Of a stretch of DNA of 64,000 nucleotides, positions 9,391-18,370 are shown piece by piece (the stretch's first letter is position 1; the number at the start of each line of letters is the position of its first letter). The DNA is from a virus. The notes under the pieces are model-generated. The model was not told the DNA's origin and did no database searches. It saw only the letters and a list, made by a program, of their open reading frames with translations. The stretch is from the IMG/VR virus record IMGVR_UViG_3300023084_000003, one strand, 5' to 3'. A program made the translations under genes and the position numbers.

Positions 9391-10451
9391 CTGAATCCTC
9401 GTATGCCATTCATAATTTCAATTTTACGATATAACTCATCGTACATAGACTGATCAAATTCAGACACTAATCCTTGATTGACTGTATCTAATTCTTCTTG
9501 TGTTCGAGTAGTTAAATAGTTCATTTCAGGCGGATTAAATAATAGATTATAACTTCTAAGTTCATTGTCTCCTATAAACACATGAGGATTATCAGCATAA
9601 AAATCATTGATTTCTTGCATATCAAGTATATTAAAATAAGATACAGTAGGAACTACTTTCGGGACAATACCAGCTTCTTCGTTGAGCTTTTTAATTGTTT
9701 CTAGTGTATTGTTAAAATTAGTTCCACGTATCCATTCATATTTTCTGCCAATATGATCTAGACTCGCTACCATTTCTACTTTTTTAAATTTTTTTAAAGT
9801 GTTCATAAATCGTTTTGAAATTAAAGAACAATTTGATGTAAGCCACACAGTACAATCAGGATTTACTTCTGCTAACTCTTCAAGTATTTTAGCATTTCGT
9901 AGATCAGAAAAAGGTTCACCACCTTTAATATGCAATACATGCAGATCAGGCAATAAGCTTATAATCTTTTCAATATCAGACTCAGTCAAATTAACATGAG
10001 GCTGTTGATGATTACCAAATAAATGATCGATTGTGGCCCATTTAGTACTGAAATAACTACTACACATTATACAAGTTTGGTTGCAAATATTGCTTGTAGT
10101 AAATTCTAAATAACTAATCTTTCCCGGCTCATATTTTCTCCATTCTGGATTCAGCCAATAGAATGCTCCAGCGTGGGTGCCATCTTTTTGTTTTATTCTT
10201 GAAGCACAATTATCGCATGCAACAGTTCCCATAATACCTTTTTCTTCAAGCTCTCGTCTTATATGCATATTCAAATCAGAGTAGGGAAAGTCTTCATATT
10301 CAGTTGCCGTAGCAATTTTGTATTCTTCTATACTATCAGTTGCAATAATTTCATTTATGTGTCTAGTGAATACCATGCAACAAGGCTTGAGCCAACCTTG
10401 TGGATCAATTACTAGCGCATGATCTGGCCATCTACATGCGGGTATATTCAT
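9375..10451 (-). CDS. radical SAM protein with N-terminal SPASM/twitch-like Cys domain
   Basis: CNQTCIMC (CxxxCxxC), GGEP, N-terminal C...PCC...CxxC. Confidence 0.9.
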   Translation of the reverse strand: MNIPACRWPDHALVIDPQGWLKPCCMVFTRHINEIIATDSIEEYKIATATEYEDFPYSDLNMHIRRELEEKGIMGTVACDNCASRIKQKDGTHAGAFYWLNPEWRKYEPGKISYLEFTTSNICNQTCIMCSSYFSTKWATIDHLFGNHQQPHVNLTESDIEKIISLLPDLHVLHIKGGEPFSDLRNAKILEELAEVNPDCTVWLTSNCSLISKRFMNTLKKFKKVEMVASLDHIGRKYEWIRGTNFNNTLETIKKLNEEAGIVPKVVPTVSYFNILDMQEINDFYADNPHVFIGDNELRSYNLLFNPPEMNYLTTRTQEELDTVNQGLVSEFDQSMYDELYRKIEIMNGIRGFRWQDC

Positions 10452-11614
10452 TTCAGTCGCTCAATATATTGACGATACATTTCAATATTTTTAATGCAAA
10501 TTTGTTCATCAGTACCAAACTCAATCAGAGCATTGTTTAAATAGTTTCTAAGCTTATCTAAATACTCTGGAGTCTCTTCTTCTACTGCCCAAGGTGCGAT
10601 ATCTTGCGGGGATGTTGTTCCACCCATAGGAGCCAAGACATGATAGGCAAAAGAAAGATTTTTTCTATTACAAAATGATACTATTTTAGGCAAAGTCCAC
10701 ACGTTATCTTTACTAATCACAAATGAACAACCGACATCAGCAACACCATATGATTGAAGTTCATCTATATGTTTTAAAACCGTTTCTAAATTACCATTTC
10801 TTCTTAAATCTTGATATATCTCAGGATCAATTGAATCTAATGAAATCGTAAATTCAGTGTTTGGCCTTTGAGCAAATTTTCTTGCGTATCCATTTAAGAT
10901 ACTACCGTTTGTTGTAAATTGAATGCGAAGATTTTCTGGGTTTTCCTCCTCTACCATCTTAAGAATTTTATGTACTATTCTTTGAGCAAATGGCTCCCCG
11001 CCTGTAAAGTTTAATTTATAAACTTCATGTATAATTTCACGTAAAGATTCTACGAAAGCATCACCAACTTCTGGATCATCATATATACTTGTAAATCTAT
11101 GCGCAGTTTCTGGATTCTTCTTTACAAAATCTTCCATATGTTGAGAAGAATGATATGGACTGCAGAATTTGCATTTATAATTACAAGTATTTGAAAGTTC
11201 TAATTCTATATCCCTTGGAACAGGATGATTTAAGTCTCTCTCACCACCTACCCAGTCTGCATCTAAACTGCTTGGAGGTTTATCTGCATCGCATTGCTCT
11301 TTGCAATACCTGCACCATTCATGCAAATCACCCATCATAGAAGCTTGACGAATTTCTTCAAAGCCTTCATCATTTTGCCATAGATCTCTTAAGCTGTCTC
11401 CTGGTTTCCATCGTGCCTGATTGGTAAAAGGATCTTTTTCGTAAGGTGTAGTATCTTTATGCTCTCTTACATGGCGCATAACAAAAGGGCAGACCTTTAA
11501 ATTGCCTTTCTTATTAATATGAATAGCTTGAAAAGGCGCCCAACAACTTACTGTTTTATATAAAGCTGGTAGTTCGGGTCTTCTATACTTGTTAATTTTA
11601 TCGACGTATTTCAT
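10448..11614 (-). CDS. radical SAM protein with N-terminal SPASM/twitch-like domain
   Basis: CNYKCKFC, FTGGEPF, FTTNG. Confidence 0.9.
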   Translation of the reverse strand: MKYVDKINKYRRPELPALYKTVSCWAPFQAIHINKKGNLKVCPFVMRHVREHKDTTPYEKDPFTNQARWKPGDSLRDLWQNDEGFEEIRQASMMGDLHEWCRYCKEQCDADKPPSSLDADWVGGERDLNHPVPRDIELELSNTCNYKCKFCSPYHSSQHMEDFVKKNPETAHRFTSIYDDPEVGDAFVESLREIIHEVYKLNFTGGEPFAQRIVHKILKMVEEENPENLRIQFTTNGSILNGYARKFAQRPNTEFTISLDSIDPEIYQDLRRNGNLETVLKHIDELQSYGVADVGCSFVISKDNVWTLPKIVSFCNRKNLSFAYHVLAPMGGTTSPQDIAPWAVEEETPEYLDKLRNYLNNALIEFGTDEQICIKNIEMYRQYIERLK

Positions 11615-12810
11615 TTATATTCCTTTAAATATGGAGCCAACTCATATATGTCTTCGTTATTTTCTCGTGCTACTAAACAAAAATCAATCCATTCAATCAT
11701 TCTTTTTCTTATTTCCGCAGGAGTTTTAAACGGATCTATTGTTGTTTCAACACTCATTACATTGTTTAAATTACTTACATGCAGTTTATCACTTACCCAA
11801 TATGTGTCTGATCTTTTAGTAAACTTAGATTCTAAATAATCAAATAGATTTTTCTTTCCTTCTTCCTGATGTTGTATTGTTAAGAAGTTAGGTGAACAAT
11901 ACTTTGGAAACGTTACAAGGTTCGCCATACTGATACGAGGAACACCTGGCACATCAATAAAATAATCAATGAGTTCTGGAAGATGCATCCAGTTATAAAC
12001 CGAAACAGTGGATACTACGATAACATGCCTGCCTGCATATTTATGATATCGTTTAATGTTGTTTATTGTTTTTTGAAAATTGCCTCCTCGGATCCAATCA
12101 TACATTTCATGCACACCGTCAATGCTTGCTTGGACATGAACTTCATCGATGCGATGTAGCAACTCAATTACATAATCAGTAACTAACTGAAAATTAGTGC
12201 AAATCTCAACACGGCACTTCGGATTCGTTTCAGCAAGCTTTTTAAGGATAAGAATATTATTTGGATCGGCAAACGGCTCGCCACCTTTAATCGTAAGATG
12301 CTGTAGATGTGGTACTAGATCTAATACCTTATCCACATCTTCTTTCGTCATCTTATACATTTCAGTATGAAACTTGTGGTTCTCATCTCGCCAAGTAAGG
12401 CCAGATTCTACAGCCATTTTCTCATATGGCGCCCATTTAGAACTATACTTACCAGAGCAAGTAACACACATCTGGTTACAAATATTGCTCGTAGTAATTT
12501 CCAAAAATCGAATCGGAGTAATTGGCGCGTCTTTATCTTCTTCATATGTTGGAAAAATAAAGCGATTATAAGAATCGAAACGGGCTATACGACCAGCTTC
12601 CCAGTGTACCTTACACACGTTACATTGTTTTGGAAAGTTACCTTCTTTAAAATCTTTACGAAGCTTATCATAAACTTCACCATTAAAGAACTCAGTAAGA
12701 TCAGGAACGTCTTTAATATGAGATATAGCTGTGTTGTCCCCAGCACAACATAGAACTATTTCGCCAATAGGATTAATTGTTATTCCTGTTTCAGGCACCA
12801 TGCATTTCAT
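11611..12810 (-). CDS. radical SAM protein with N-terminal SPASM/twitch-like domain
   Basis: CNQMCVTC, KGGEPF, SIDG...WIRGG. Confidence 0.9.
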   Translation of the reverse strand: MKCMVPETGITINPIGEIVLCCAGDNTAISHIKDVPDLTEFFNGEVYDKLRKDFKEGNFPKQCNVCKVHWEAGRIARFDSYNRFIFPTYEEDKDAPITPIRFLEITTSNICNQMCVTCSGKYSSKWAPYEKMAVESGLTWRDENHKFHTEMYKMTKEDVDKVLDLVPHLQHLTIKGGEPFADPNNILILKKLAETNPKCRVEICTNFQLVTDYVIELLHRIDEVHVQASIDGVHEMYDWIRGGNFQKTINNIKRYHKYAGRHVIVVSTVSVYNWMHLPELIDYFIDVPGVPRISMANLVTFPKYCSPNFLTIQHQEEGKKNLFDYLESKFTKRSDTYWVSDKLHVSNLNNVMSVETTIDPFKTPAEIRKRMIEWIDFCLVARENNEDIYELAPYLKEYK

Positions 12811-12827
12811 AATATAACTCTATAAGA

Positions 12828-13388
12828 TTATTTAATTAAACTGTCGATTATCGCCAAGCCTTCGGTAATTCTAGTTGATTTTCTAATTTTTGATTTAATG
12901 TCTTTATCAGCTTCTTTTACTACATCAAGTTCTAAAGCCCATAACTTAAACTTAAACAGCTCTTCTTTACTTTCATTATCTTGCCAAAGAATTTGAAAGA
13001 ACCCAGTGTCAATCTCATTCTTTTTGATCTTAACTTGTTTGTCTAAATTGAGTAGAGTTGACTCTTTATCAGAAACTTTCTTTTCAAGTTCTTCTTTTTG
13101 ATCTTGAAGAACCTTCAGACCTAGCATTTCACGAGCAAGTTCTTTCGCTGCGAGATTGATTTGTATGTTATGTGCTTTTGATTCTGCTTTTAATCTATCA
13201 ACAGTATCATTCAAAATTTTATCGTGATCCCAACCTTCTTCCATCAATGCTTGATAGTCTGGATTGTTTTCATCATTTGGAAACGAATAAGGAAAAAGCT
13301 TTTCATCTTCCTCATATAGTACTTTAATAATAGTGCGCTCTGTGTTAGCATACTGAGCACTCACTATTCTTCCGCTAAAATCTGCCAT
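12828..13388 (-). CDS. hypothetical protein, possible fibre assembly/chaperone
   Basis: 186 aa with a coiled-coil C-half, directly downstream of the fibre-like gene; function inferred from context only. Confidence 0.45.
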   Translation of the reverse strand: MADFSGRIVSAQYANTERTIIKVLYEEDEKLFPYSFPNDENNPDYQALMEEGWDHDKILNDTVDRLKAESKAHNIQINLAAKELAREMLGLKVLQDQKEELEKKVSDKESTLLNLDKQVKIKKNEIDTGFFQILWQDNESKEELFKFKLWALELDVVKEADKDIKSKIRKSTRITEGLAIIDSLIK

Positions 13389-13399
13389 TTATTTACTCC

Positions 13400-15373
13400 T
13401 TATGCTGTGCCGGCGTATTGGAATTTATAATAACCGGTATCAATAATATTTGATCCTGCAGCATCACTTGCAATTTCAATTTTATATGTTAGATACTGCC
13501 CAGTACCATATGATGTAAGGGTTCGAGAATCAGCAAACAAAAACTCAACAGAATTGGCTGCTGTAGCACCTGGCTGTAATATATGCCACGTATTCATTGC
13601 ATCGCCTTGTTGTGTTATGGTGCCAGTGCTTGTTCCACTATCAACTGTTCCACGAACATAATAAGTACCAGCAAAATAGTTTGAGAAATTGATATCACTA
13701 TTGGTTGCCGAATTCCTATAGTCTGACCAGTTTTGCATTGTTGTAGCAGACCAAGTCGTGCCGCCGCCATAGTCATTTCCGTGTTCAACTTTACCGGATA
13801 TGTTAACCCCTGTAGCTAGTCTAAATCCATGTTTAGTTCCATGCGTTTGTTCGGCTGGGTTTGTTTTTGGAGTTCCTTGTGTACCTTCTAATCTTATATT
13901 ATCGCCTTCTAATTGATTATGGTAGTAACCTGTTGAAACAATATTACTACCTCCGCTATCAGTTGCAATTTCAATTTTCCATCTATGGAATTTTGTATTA
14001 TAAACGGGTGGGTTTGCAGTATCTGTAATATTCCAAGAACGTGATGTTGTATTATCTAAAGTTAACCAAGTATTTAAGCTATCTCCTGAAGTTGTCAGAC
14101 CGCTATTAGAGTCAATGGTTGCTCTAATATACCATGTTTGTGTTGGTCCAGAATTAACCCAATCGGCGTGGTTATTAGCGCTATATTCAGGAGTTCTAGT
14201 AGAATCCCGATCTTCAACAGTAGCATCGCTGTTAAATCTCCATCCAAGTGTAATGTTGTTAGTATCTTTTTGTGCATAACCATTAACGTGTTCAGTTGTT
14301 TCAGGCACTGATTGAGTCCCTTCAAGAGATGTGGTTTCAGCAGCTGAAGGTATACCTTGATAAATCTTAAATGATTGGCTTTGTACAACCGTTGTGGTAC
14401 CAGTTGGAAATTCTTGTGTACGATAATCGTTAGTGTTAACATAAAGCTGTTGATAGTTACCACCGCCTCCAGCACTTCCGTCTGGAGTACGACGTTCGTC
14501 TATATACAGTGCACCATTTAGAACACCATCAGATCCGTCTACATTATATGAGAGTTGATACTGACCAGCAGAGTTTGAAGACAGATAGTATCTCAAAAAT
14601 TTATTCATAAGAGTTGACCAAGACCCTGGAGTATGGGCATTGATTCTATTGTTTGCAAAATCCCAATATATTGGAAGTTGGTCATAAATTTCTGGATAGG
14701 AAGCTGCAGGATAATCTACTTTTGCTAGATAATAATTCGTATCGATAGTTTGTTCTACTGCTTCCGGAATACCTGAGGCTGTATAAGCTGCCGTATCTGA
14801 TACTTTGTTTATTGCTATGGGTGTAGTACTGACAAGTGAAGCATTAGCTGGCGATGCTGACGTGGTAATGAAATACGTTCCGCCTTTTGCAGCAGTCTGT
14901 CCACCGCCACCAAACTGAGTTAAAACCGGAGCCACAAAAGTATCATAGAAGTCTGAAATTGTCATAGCTCGCAAGTGAGTATTGATATCTTCACCTTCTT
15001 CACCGTCTGGATTATACAAGTATAAAGGATACTCGTGATTATTTGCATCTCCAGAAGGCGCTGATACGGCATCTGTTACTTGACGAATACGTGAATAGTT
15101 CTCAGTAGTGAGTACAATATCTGCTGTTTCTGCTTCAGTTGCAAATCTATCAACACGAGTACTATAAGCACCGGCTACATAAAATGTATCTACGAAAGGC
15201 TGTCCTGAAATGACTGAGCCGTTTGAGCCTTGTACTTCTAGTGATGGATTAGGATCTTGAGCAAAGGCATATCCTGCAAACTCATGAAGAGCTGTCATAT
15301 ATGTTGAATCGCCTTCTGCAATTTGGTTCGTACCTGATGCGTCTGATAAGAAAAGTGGTGATCTTACTGCCAT
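13400..15373 (-). CDS. putative virion structural / tail-fibre or receptor-binding protein
   Basis: 657 aa, rich in Thr/Gly/Ser/Asn, with a duplicated C-terminal domain (KIEIATDSGGSNIVSTGYY / KIEIASDAAGSNIIDTGYY). Confidence 0.6.
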   Translation of the reverse strand: MAVRSPLFLSDASGTNQIAEGDSTYMTALHEFAGYAFAQDPNPSLEVQGSNGSVISGQPFVDTFYVAGAYSTRVDRFATEAETADIVLTTENYSRIRQVTDAVSAPSGDANNHEYPLYLYNPDGEEGEDINTHLRAMTISDFYDTFVAPVLTQFGGGGQTAAKGGTYFITTSASPANASLVSTTPIAINKVSDTAAYTASGIPEAVEQTIDTNYYLAKVDYPAASYPEIYDQLPIYWDFANNRINAHTPGSWSTLMNKFLRYYLSSNSAGQYQLSYNVDGSDGVLNGALYIDERRTPDGSAGGGGNYQQLYVNTNDYRTQEFPTGTTTVVQSQSFKIYQGIPSAAETTSLEGTQSVPETTEHVNGYAQKDTNNITLGWRFNSDATVEDRDSTRTPEYSANNHADWVNSGPTQTWYIRATIDSNSGLTTSGDSLNTWLTLDNTTSRSWNITDTANPPVYNTKFHRWKIEIATDSGGSNIVSTGYYHNQLEGDNIRLEGTQGTPKTNPAEQTHGTKHGFRLATGVNISGKVEHGNDYGGGTTWSATTMQNWSDYRNSATNSDINFSNYFAGTYYVRGTVDSGTSTGTITQQGDAMNTWHILQPGATAANSVEFLFADSRTLTSYGTGQYLTYKIEIASDAAGSNIIDTGYYKFQYAGTA

Positions 15374-15383
15374 AACAAAACTC

Positions 15384-15602
15384 CTATACTATTGCCTGGA
15401 TACCAGGCGTAACAGCAAAGTACCAAGTTTTAGTTACACTACCAGAAGAATCATAAATTTTAAGGGTATGATTCTGCATACGAATTCCCATTGCTATGGA
15501 AGATGCAGATGTTGCATCAGTGTTTGCAATATTTAATAAATGTCGGCTATCATTAATAACCTCACCACTGAATGTGGTGTTCGCAGAAACTCTAAGTACC
15601 AT
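15384..15602 (-). CDS. small structural-type protein, paralog of 15612..15803
   Basis: Shares L-x-NIANTD and L(K/R)IYDS(S/T)G with its neighbour; GGAG RBS. Confidence 0.65.
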   Translation of the reverse strand: MVLRVSANTTFSGEVINDSRHLLNIANTDATSASSIAMGIRMQNHTLKIYDSSGSVTKTWYFAVTPGIQAIV

Positions 15603-15611
15603 GATCTACTC

Positions 15612-15797
15612 CTATGTTACAGCAGCAGCGTATAGCGTACGTACTTCTGTCCCGGTAGAATCATATATTCTTAGAACGTTATCTTGAATTGCCACCGCAT
15701 AATTGATAGATCCGCGTGTTGTGAGATCTGTATTGGCGATGTTTTGTAGGACAAGTGAATTTGTTATCACTGTCGTTGTGCTTACTTTAATTGCCAT
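15612..15797 (-). CDS. small structural-type protein
   Basis: MAIKVSTTTVI N-terminus; paralog of 15384..15602; AGGAG RBS favours ATG 15797 (track ORF starts at 15803). Confidence 0.6.
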   Translation of the reverse strand: MAIKVSTTTVITNSLVLQNIANTDLTTRGSINYAVAIQDNVLRIYDSTGTEVRTLYAAAVT

Positions 15798-15823
15798 CTT
15801 CAACTCCTTTGGGTTTCAGGCTA

Positions 15824-16021
15824 CTATCCACGGTCGTATCGGCGTAATCTCTCCTCTCGACCTATTCTCTTACCATAACCAAGATCTTTCATAATTCTCA
15901 TACGCTCTTCTTCAGCGTAATTAGACCATTCAGAGATCTGTTCTTTCGTTCTACCACAGCCTATGCAATAACCCTTAGAAGGATCAATATAACAGATAGA
16001 CATGCATGGTGTTACGTACAT
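15824..16021 (-). CDS. DUF1289-family Cys-rich protein
   Basis: TPCMSIC...YCIGCGRT..QI..W...ER pattern. Confidence 0.85.
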   Translation of the reverse strand: MYVTPCMSICYIDPSKGYCIGCGRTKEQISEWSNYAEEERMRIMKDLGYGKRIGREERLRRYDRG

Positions 16022-16040
16022 TATCGACCTCTTTATTTTC

Positions 16041-16052
16041 TATTTATAAATA
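16041..16052. promoter_or_regulatory. bidirectional late promoter, palindrome TATTTATAAATA
   Basis: TATAAATA on both strands between divergent genes 15824..16021 and 16105..16416. Confidence 0.7.
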
Positions 16053-16104
16053 GTATTGTGAACTCTTCGGCATGAATTTGAACTTAATTATATAGGAGAT
16101 TAAG

Positions 16105-16416
16105 ATGGCTGAAGACAACGGTTACCATCCAGCGGATACAAACGGCGACGGTGTTGTAGATGATATCGAACGCGAAATGTATCTTGAATTTAAAAGAAAA
16201 GAATTAGAAGACAAGGACGCACAGCGTGATGCAATGCGTGGGATGACTTGGTTTGCTTTATTCGGCATGCTACTTTATCCATTTGCAATTGTCTTAACAT
16301 CATATTTTGGACTAGATACTGCAGCAGGAATCGTTGGTGATATTGCACCGACATATTTTGTTGCTATTTCTGCTTTGGTTGCAGCATTCTTTGGTGCTGA
16401 CGCTATCCGTAAGTAG
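16105..16416 (+). CDS. small two-TM membrane protein, possibly holin-like
   Basis: DTNGDGVVD Ca-loop-like motif followed by two hydrophobic helices; AGGAG RBS. Confidence 0.7.
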   Translation: MAEDNGYHPADTNGDGVVDDIEREMYLEFKRKELEDKDAQRDAMRGMTWFALFGMLLYPFAIVLTSYFGLDTAAGIVGDIAPTYFVAISALVAAFFGADAIRK

Positions 16417-16423
16417 ATAAATC

Positions 16424-16454
16424 AAAAGGGAGGCCTTCCTAGGTGCCTCCCTTT
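16424..16454. terminator. bidirectional intrinsic terminator
   Basis: AAAAGGGAGGC-loop-GCCTCCCTTT stem with A/T tails on both sides. Confidence 0.8.
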
Positions 16455-16820
16455 CTATCTGTTTGTTTCGATGTACAGCACCCGGCTAGCTTTCCATTCG
16501 GTACTAGCGACTCACCGACCATCCAAAAGCTGCAGACTTATGGATGGATTTTTTTGGGTACGTTCGCGTAATTGCAGGCTTTCCCCGTGCGCCATAAGTA
16601 ACGAGGACTGAGTTCTTACTGCCTGGTCGAGTTTTCCTCAGTCCTCGCTAATTCTGGTTTTCACGTCACCGGTATTTCACGGGCGGTATATTCACCAGAA
16701 TGTTCTTGCCCGACCTTGTTTACTCACGACGCGCAGGCTACGTCAGGCAATATATCTCTTTAATCCATTTTTGCCACTTTAGCGGCTGAGGGTTTGGAAC
16801 CTCTCAATATTGCCTTGATA
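16425..16820 (-). ncRNA. unassigned ~390-nt structured RNA
   Basis: No substantial ORF; GC-richer than flanks; stems 16599-16612/16637-16650, 16651-16658/16694-16701, 16519-16525/16541-16547 and 16745-16753/16807-16815; bounded by a promoter and a terminator. Confidence 0.7.
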
Positions 16821-16825
16821 CTATT

Positions 16826-16853
16826 AATATATACTTTTTCTAGTAAATGTCAA
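16826..16853 (-). promoter_or_regulatory. sigma70-type promoter driving the putative ncRNA
   Basis: GGG-TTGACA-16nt-TATATT on the minus strand. Confidence 0.7.
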
Positions 16854-16873
16854 CCCTTTTATTGAATTTTTTT

Positions 16874-17074
16874 TCAAATTTCTTCTACCGTTACCTTATA
16901 CAACTTACCGTTGAAGTCTTCCATAGTAATGGTTTTCTTCGTTGACAGCATGTAACCATCGATAGGATGCAAATCCATTTTTACTCTACCAACCTGAGTA
17001 ATCTTATTTTCTGGTTTATCATTGTTGAAAGCGGTACTGATCACGTGTGCGATATAGTCGCAATAAGCCAACAT
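16874..17074 (-). CDS. hypothetical protein
   Basis: 66-aa ORF in a minus-strand early cassette. Confidence 0.7.
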   Translation of the reverse strand: MLAYCDYIAHVISTAFNNDKPENKITQVGRVKMDLHPIDGYMLSTKKTITMEDFNGKLYKVTVEEI

Positions 17075-17088
17075 AACAAAAATTCCTC

Positions 17089-17301
17089 TTAACGCATTGT
17101 AGCGTTATCTACATAGACTCCATCGTCGTTTTCGCCGACATAAACGCGGTTGATATTTGAACCATATGCTATCTTATAAACCCACTCGCCACTGGCATTG
17201 CGGATATCGTCGGTAACACATACAGTAACGGGATCTCCATCCCAGCCTTGATCTGCTAGGAGGGTGTTCATTTGTTCAACTGTAATATTTGCAGGATCCA
17301 T
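17089..17301 (-). CDS. hypothetical protein
   Basis: 70-aa ORF abutting 17302..17571. Confidence 0.65.
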   Translation of the reverse strand: MDPANITVEQMNTLLADQGWDGDPVTVCVTDDIRNASGEWVYKIAYGSNINRVYVGENDDGVYVDNATMR

Positions 17302-17571
17302 TTAAGCCTCTTTCATATATTCTACGATAAGTTGCAGATCTTCTTTGGAAAAATCTGATTTACGAGTACCCCAAGTAGCGCCGAAGCGAGTAAGCTTGTC
17401 ACCGACAACTGCAAGATGATTAGATTTTGCATCATCTTTTTCTGTGGCTGCACAGTTCATCATGTAACGACCGATAACACCAAGCTTTTTCTGGTTAGGA
17501 GTAGTTTCCATCATATTTATATTCCTCATTGATTGTAGAACTATTATATCAAAGTTTGAAAGAGCTGTCAA
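17302..17571 (-). CDS. hypothetical protein
   Basis: 89-aa ORF overlapping the upstream stop. Confidence 0.65.
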   Translation of the reverse strand: MTALSNFDIIVLQSMRNINMMETTPNQKKLGVIGRYMMNCAATEKDDAKSNHLAVVGDKLTRFGATWGTRKSDFSKEDLQLIVEYMKEA

Positions 17572-17795
17572 CCCTTTTTTTGAAAAAACTTTACGAAATC
17601 TAAAAATAATTCGTAAGCTACTTCCTCAACATAGTCGATTGGAGTATGGCACAACAAAGGCTCAGCTGCATATGCATCCAAAACGATTTGTTTGTAAGCA
17701 GGGAATGATGTAACGTTCTCATTCTCAGCTTGTTCATCGATCACACCTACGATGCGTTCTTCCATTTCCATTACTAATTCTTTCATTTGACCCAT
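17568..17795 (-). CDS. hypothetical early protein
   Basis: AGGAG RBS; first gene after the promoter at 17823-17851. Confidence 0.75.
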   Translation of the reverse strand: MGQMKELVMEMEERIVGVIDEQAENENVTSFPAYKQIVLDAYAAEPLLCHTPIDYVEEVAYELFLDFVKFFQKKG

Positions 17796-17822
17796 ATTGG
17801 TCTCCTTTCATCTTATATTAAT

Positions 17823-17851
17823 AATATAGTACTTTCAGAATGCAATGTCAA
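17823..17851 (-). promoter_or_regulatory. early promoter
   Basis: GGGG-TTGACA-17nt(...AAAGTAC)-TATATT. Confidence 0.8.
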
Positions 17852-17854
17852 CCC

Positions 17855-18286
17855 CTAAAGTGAAAAATTTAGTGTTTTTATGCATTTTAATGCAAGTTTT
17901 TCTTCCATTCTGAATGCTTGTAACTCCCAAGGTGCCTTAGAGTAAGGCGTTTTGCTGTGATCTTTGGTTTTCCACTTAGTTTTACCGTTAACGTCACGTA
18001 ATTCTTTCTTAGCATACTGTTTTACGTGAATCATCTCATGAACGATAGTGGATACTAGATCGTAAAATGGCAAACCTTTTTTGATTGTAAGCGTAAACTC
18101 ACGACCTTTGAAGTCTTCATTCATACAATACCCATAAGCCTCGATTTTTCCATCGAATTCTAAGGATATGTCAAGTGTACGAATACGAGGCATCATTTCT
18201 TTGATGCACCAGTCAACAACAAGGGCGGCAAGCTCGCGTTCCTTAGCTTTACCGCCCCTAAAGTATACTTCGTTTGCCATATGCAT
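17855..18286 (-). CDS. HEXXH zinc-metallopeptidase-like protein
   Basis: TIVHEMIHVKQY and a downstream PWE-x-QA; paralog of 30890..31270. Confidence 0.7.
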   Translation of the reverse strand: MHMANEVYFRGGKAKERELAALVVDWCIKEMMPRIRTLDISLEFDGKIEAYGYCMNEDFKGREFTLTIKKGLPFYDLVSTIVHEMIHVKQYAKKELRDVNGKTKWKTKDHSKTPYSKAPWELQAFRMEEKLALKCIKTLNFSL

Positions 18287-18307
18287 TTCCTTTCATTTGA
18301 TATATCT

Positions 18308-18335
18308 ATTATATCACAGTGGAAAGTAATGTCAA
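18308..18335 (-). promoter_or_regulatory. early promoter
   Basis: TTGACA-16nt-TATAAT with a TGn extension. Confidence 0.75.
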
Positions 18336-18351
18336 CAAGAACGTTTCTTTT

Positions 18352-18366
18352 GAAATCAATGGCTTA
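18352..18366. repeat. 15-bp motif GAAATCAATGGCTTA, copy 2
   Basis: Exact match to 858-872. Confidence 0.85.
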
Positions 18367-18370
18367 GAAA

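Noticed and set aside
16514-16597. 27-codon minus-strand ORF (MAHGESLQLRERTQKNPSISLQLLDGR) within the ncRNA
   Set aside because: No RBS, and it runs through the stems; the region is better explained as structured RNA. Coordinates approximate.
16425-16820. RNase P RNA, suggested by GAGGAAAACUCG resembling GAGGAAAGUCC
   Set aside because: The motif is internal to a hairpin rather than near the 5' end, and the 3' CR-V consensus (ACAGAA-x-x-CGGCUUA) is absent.
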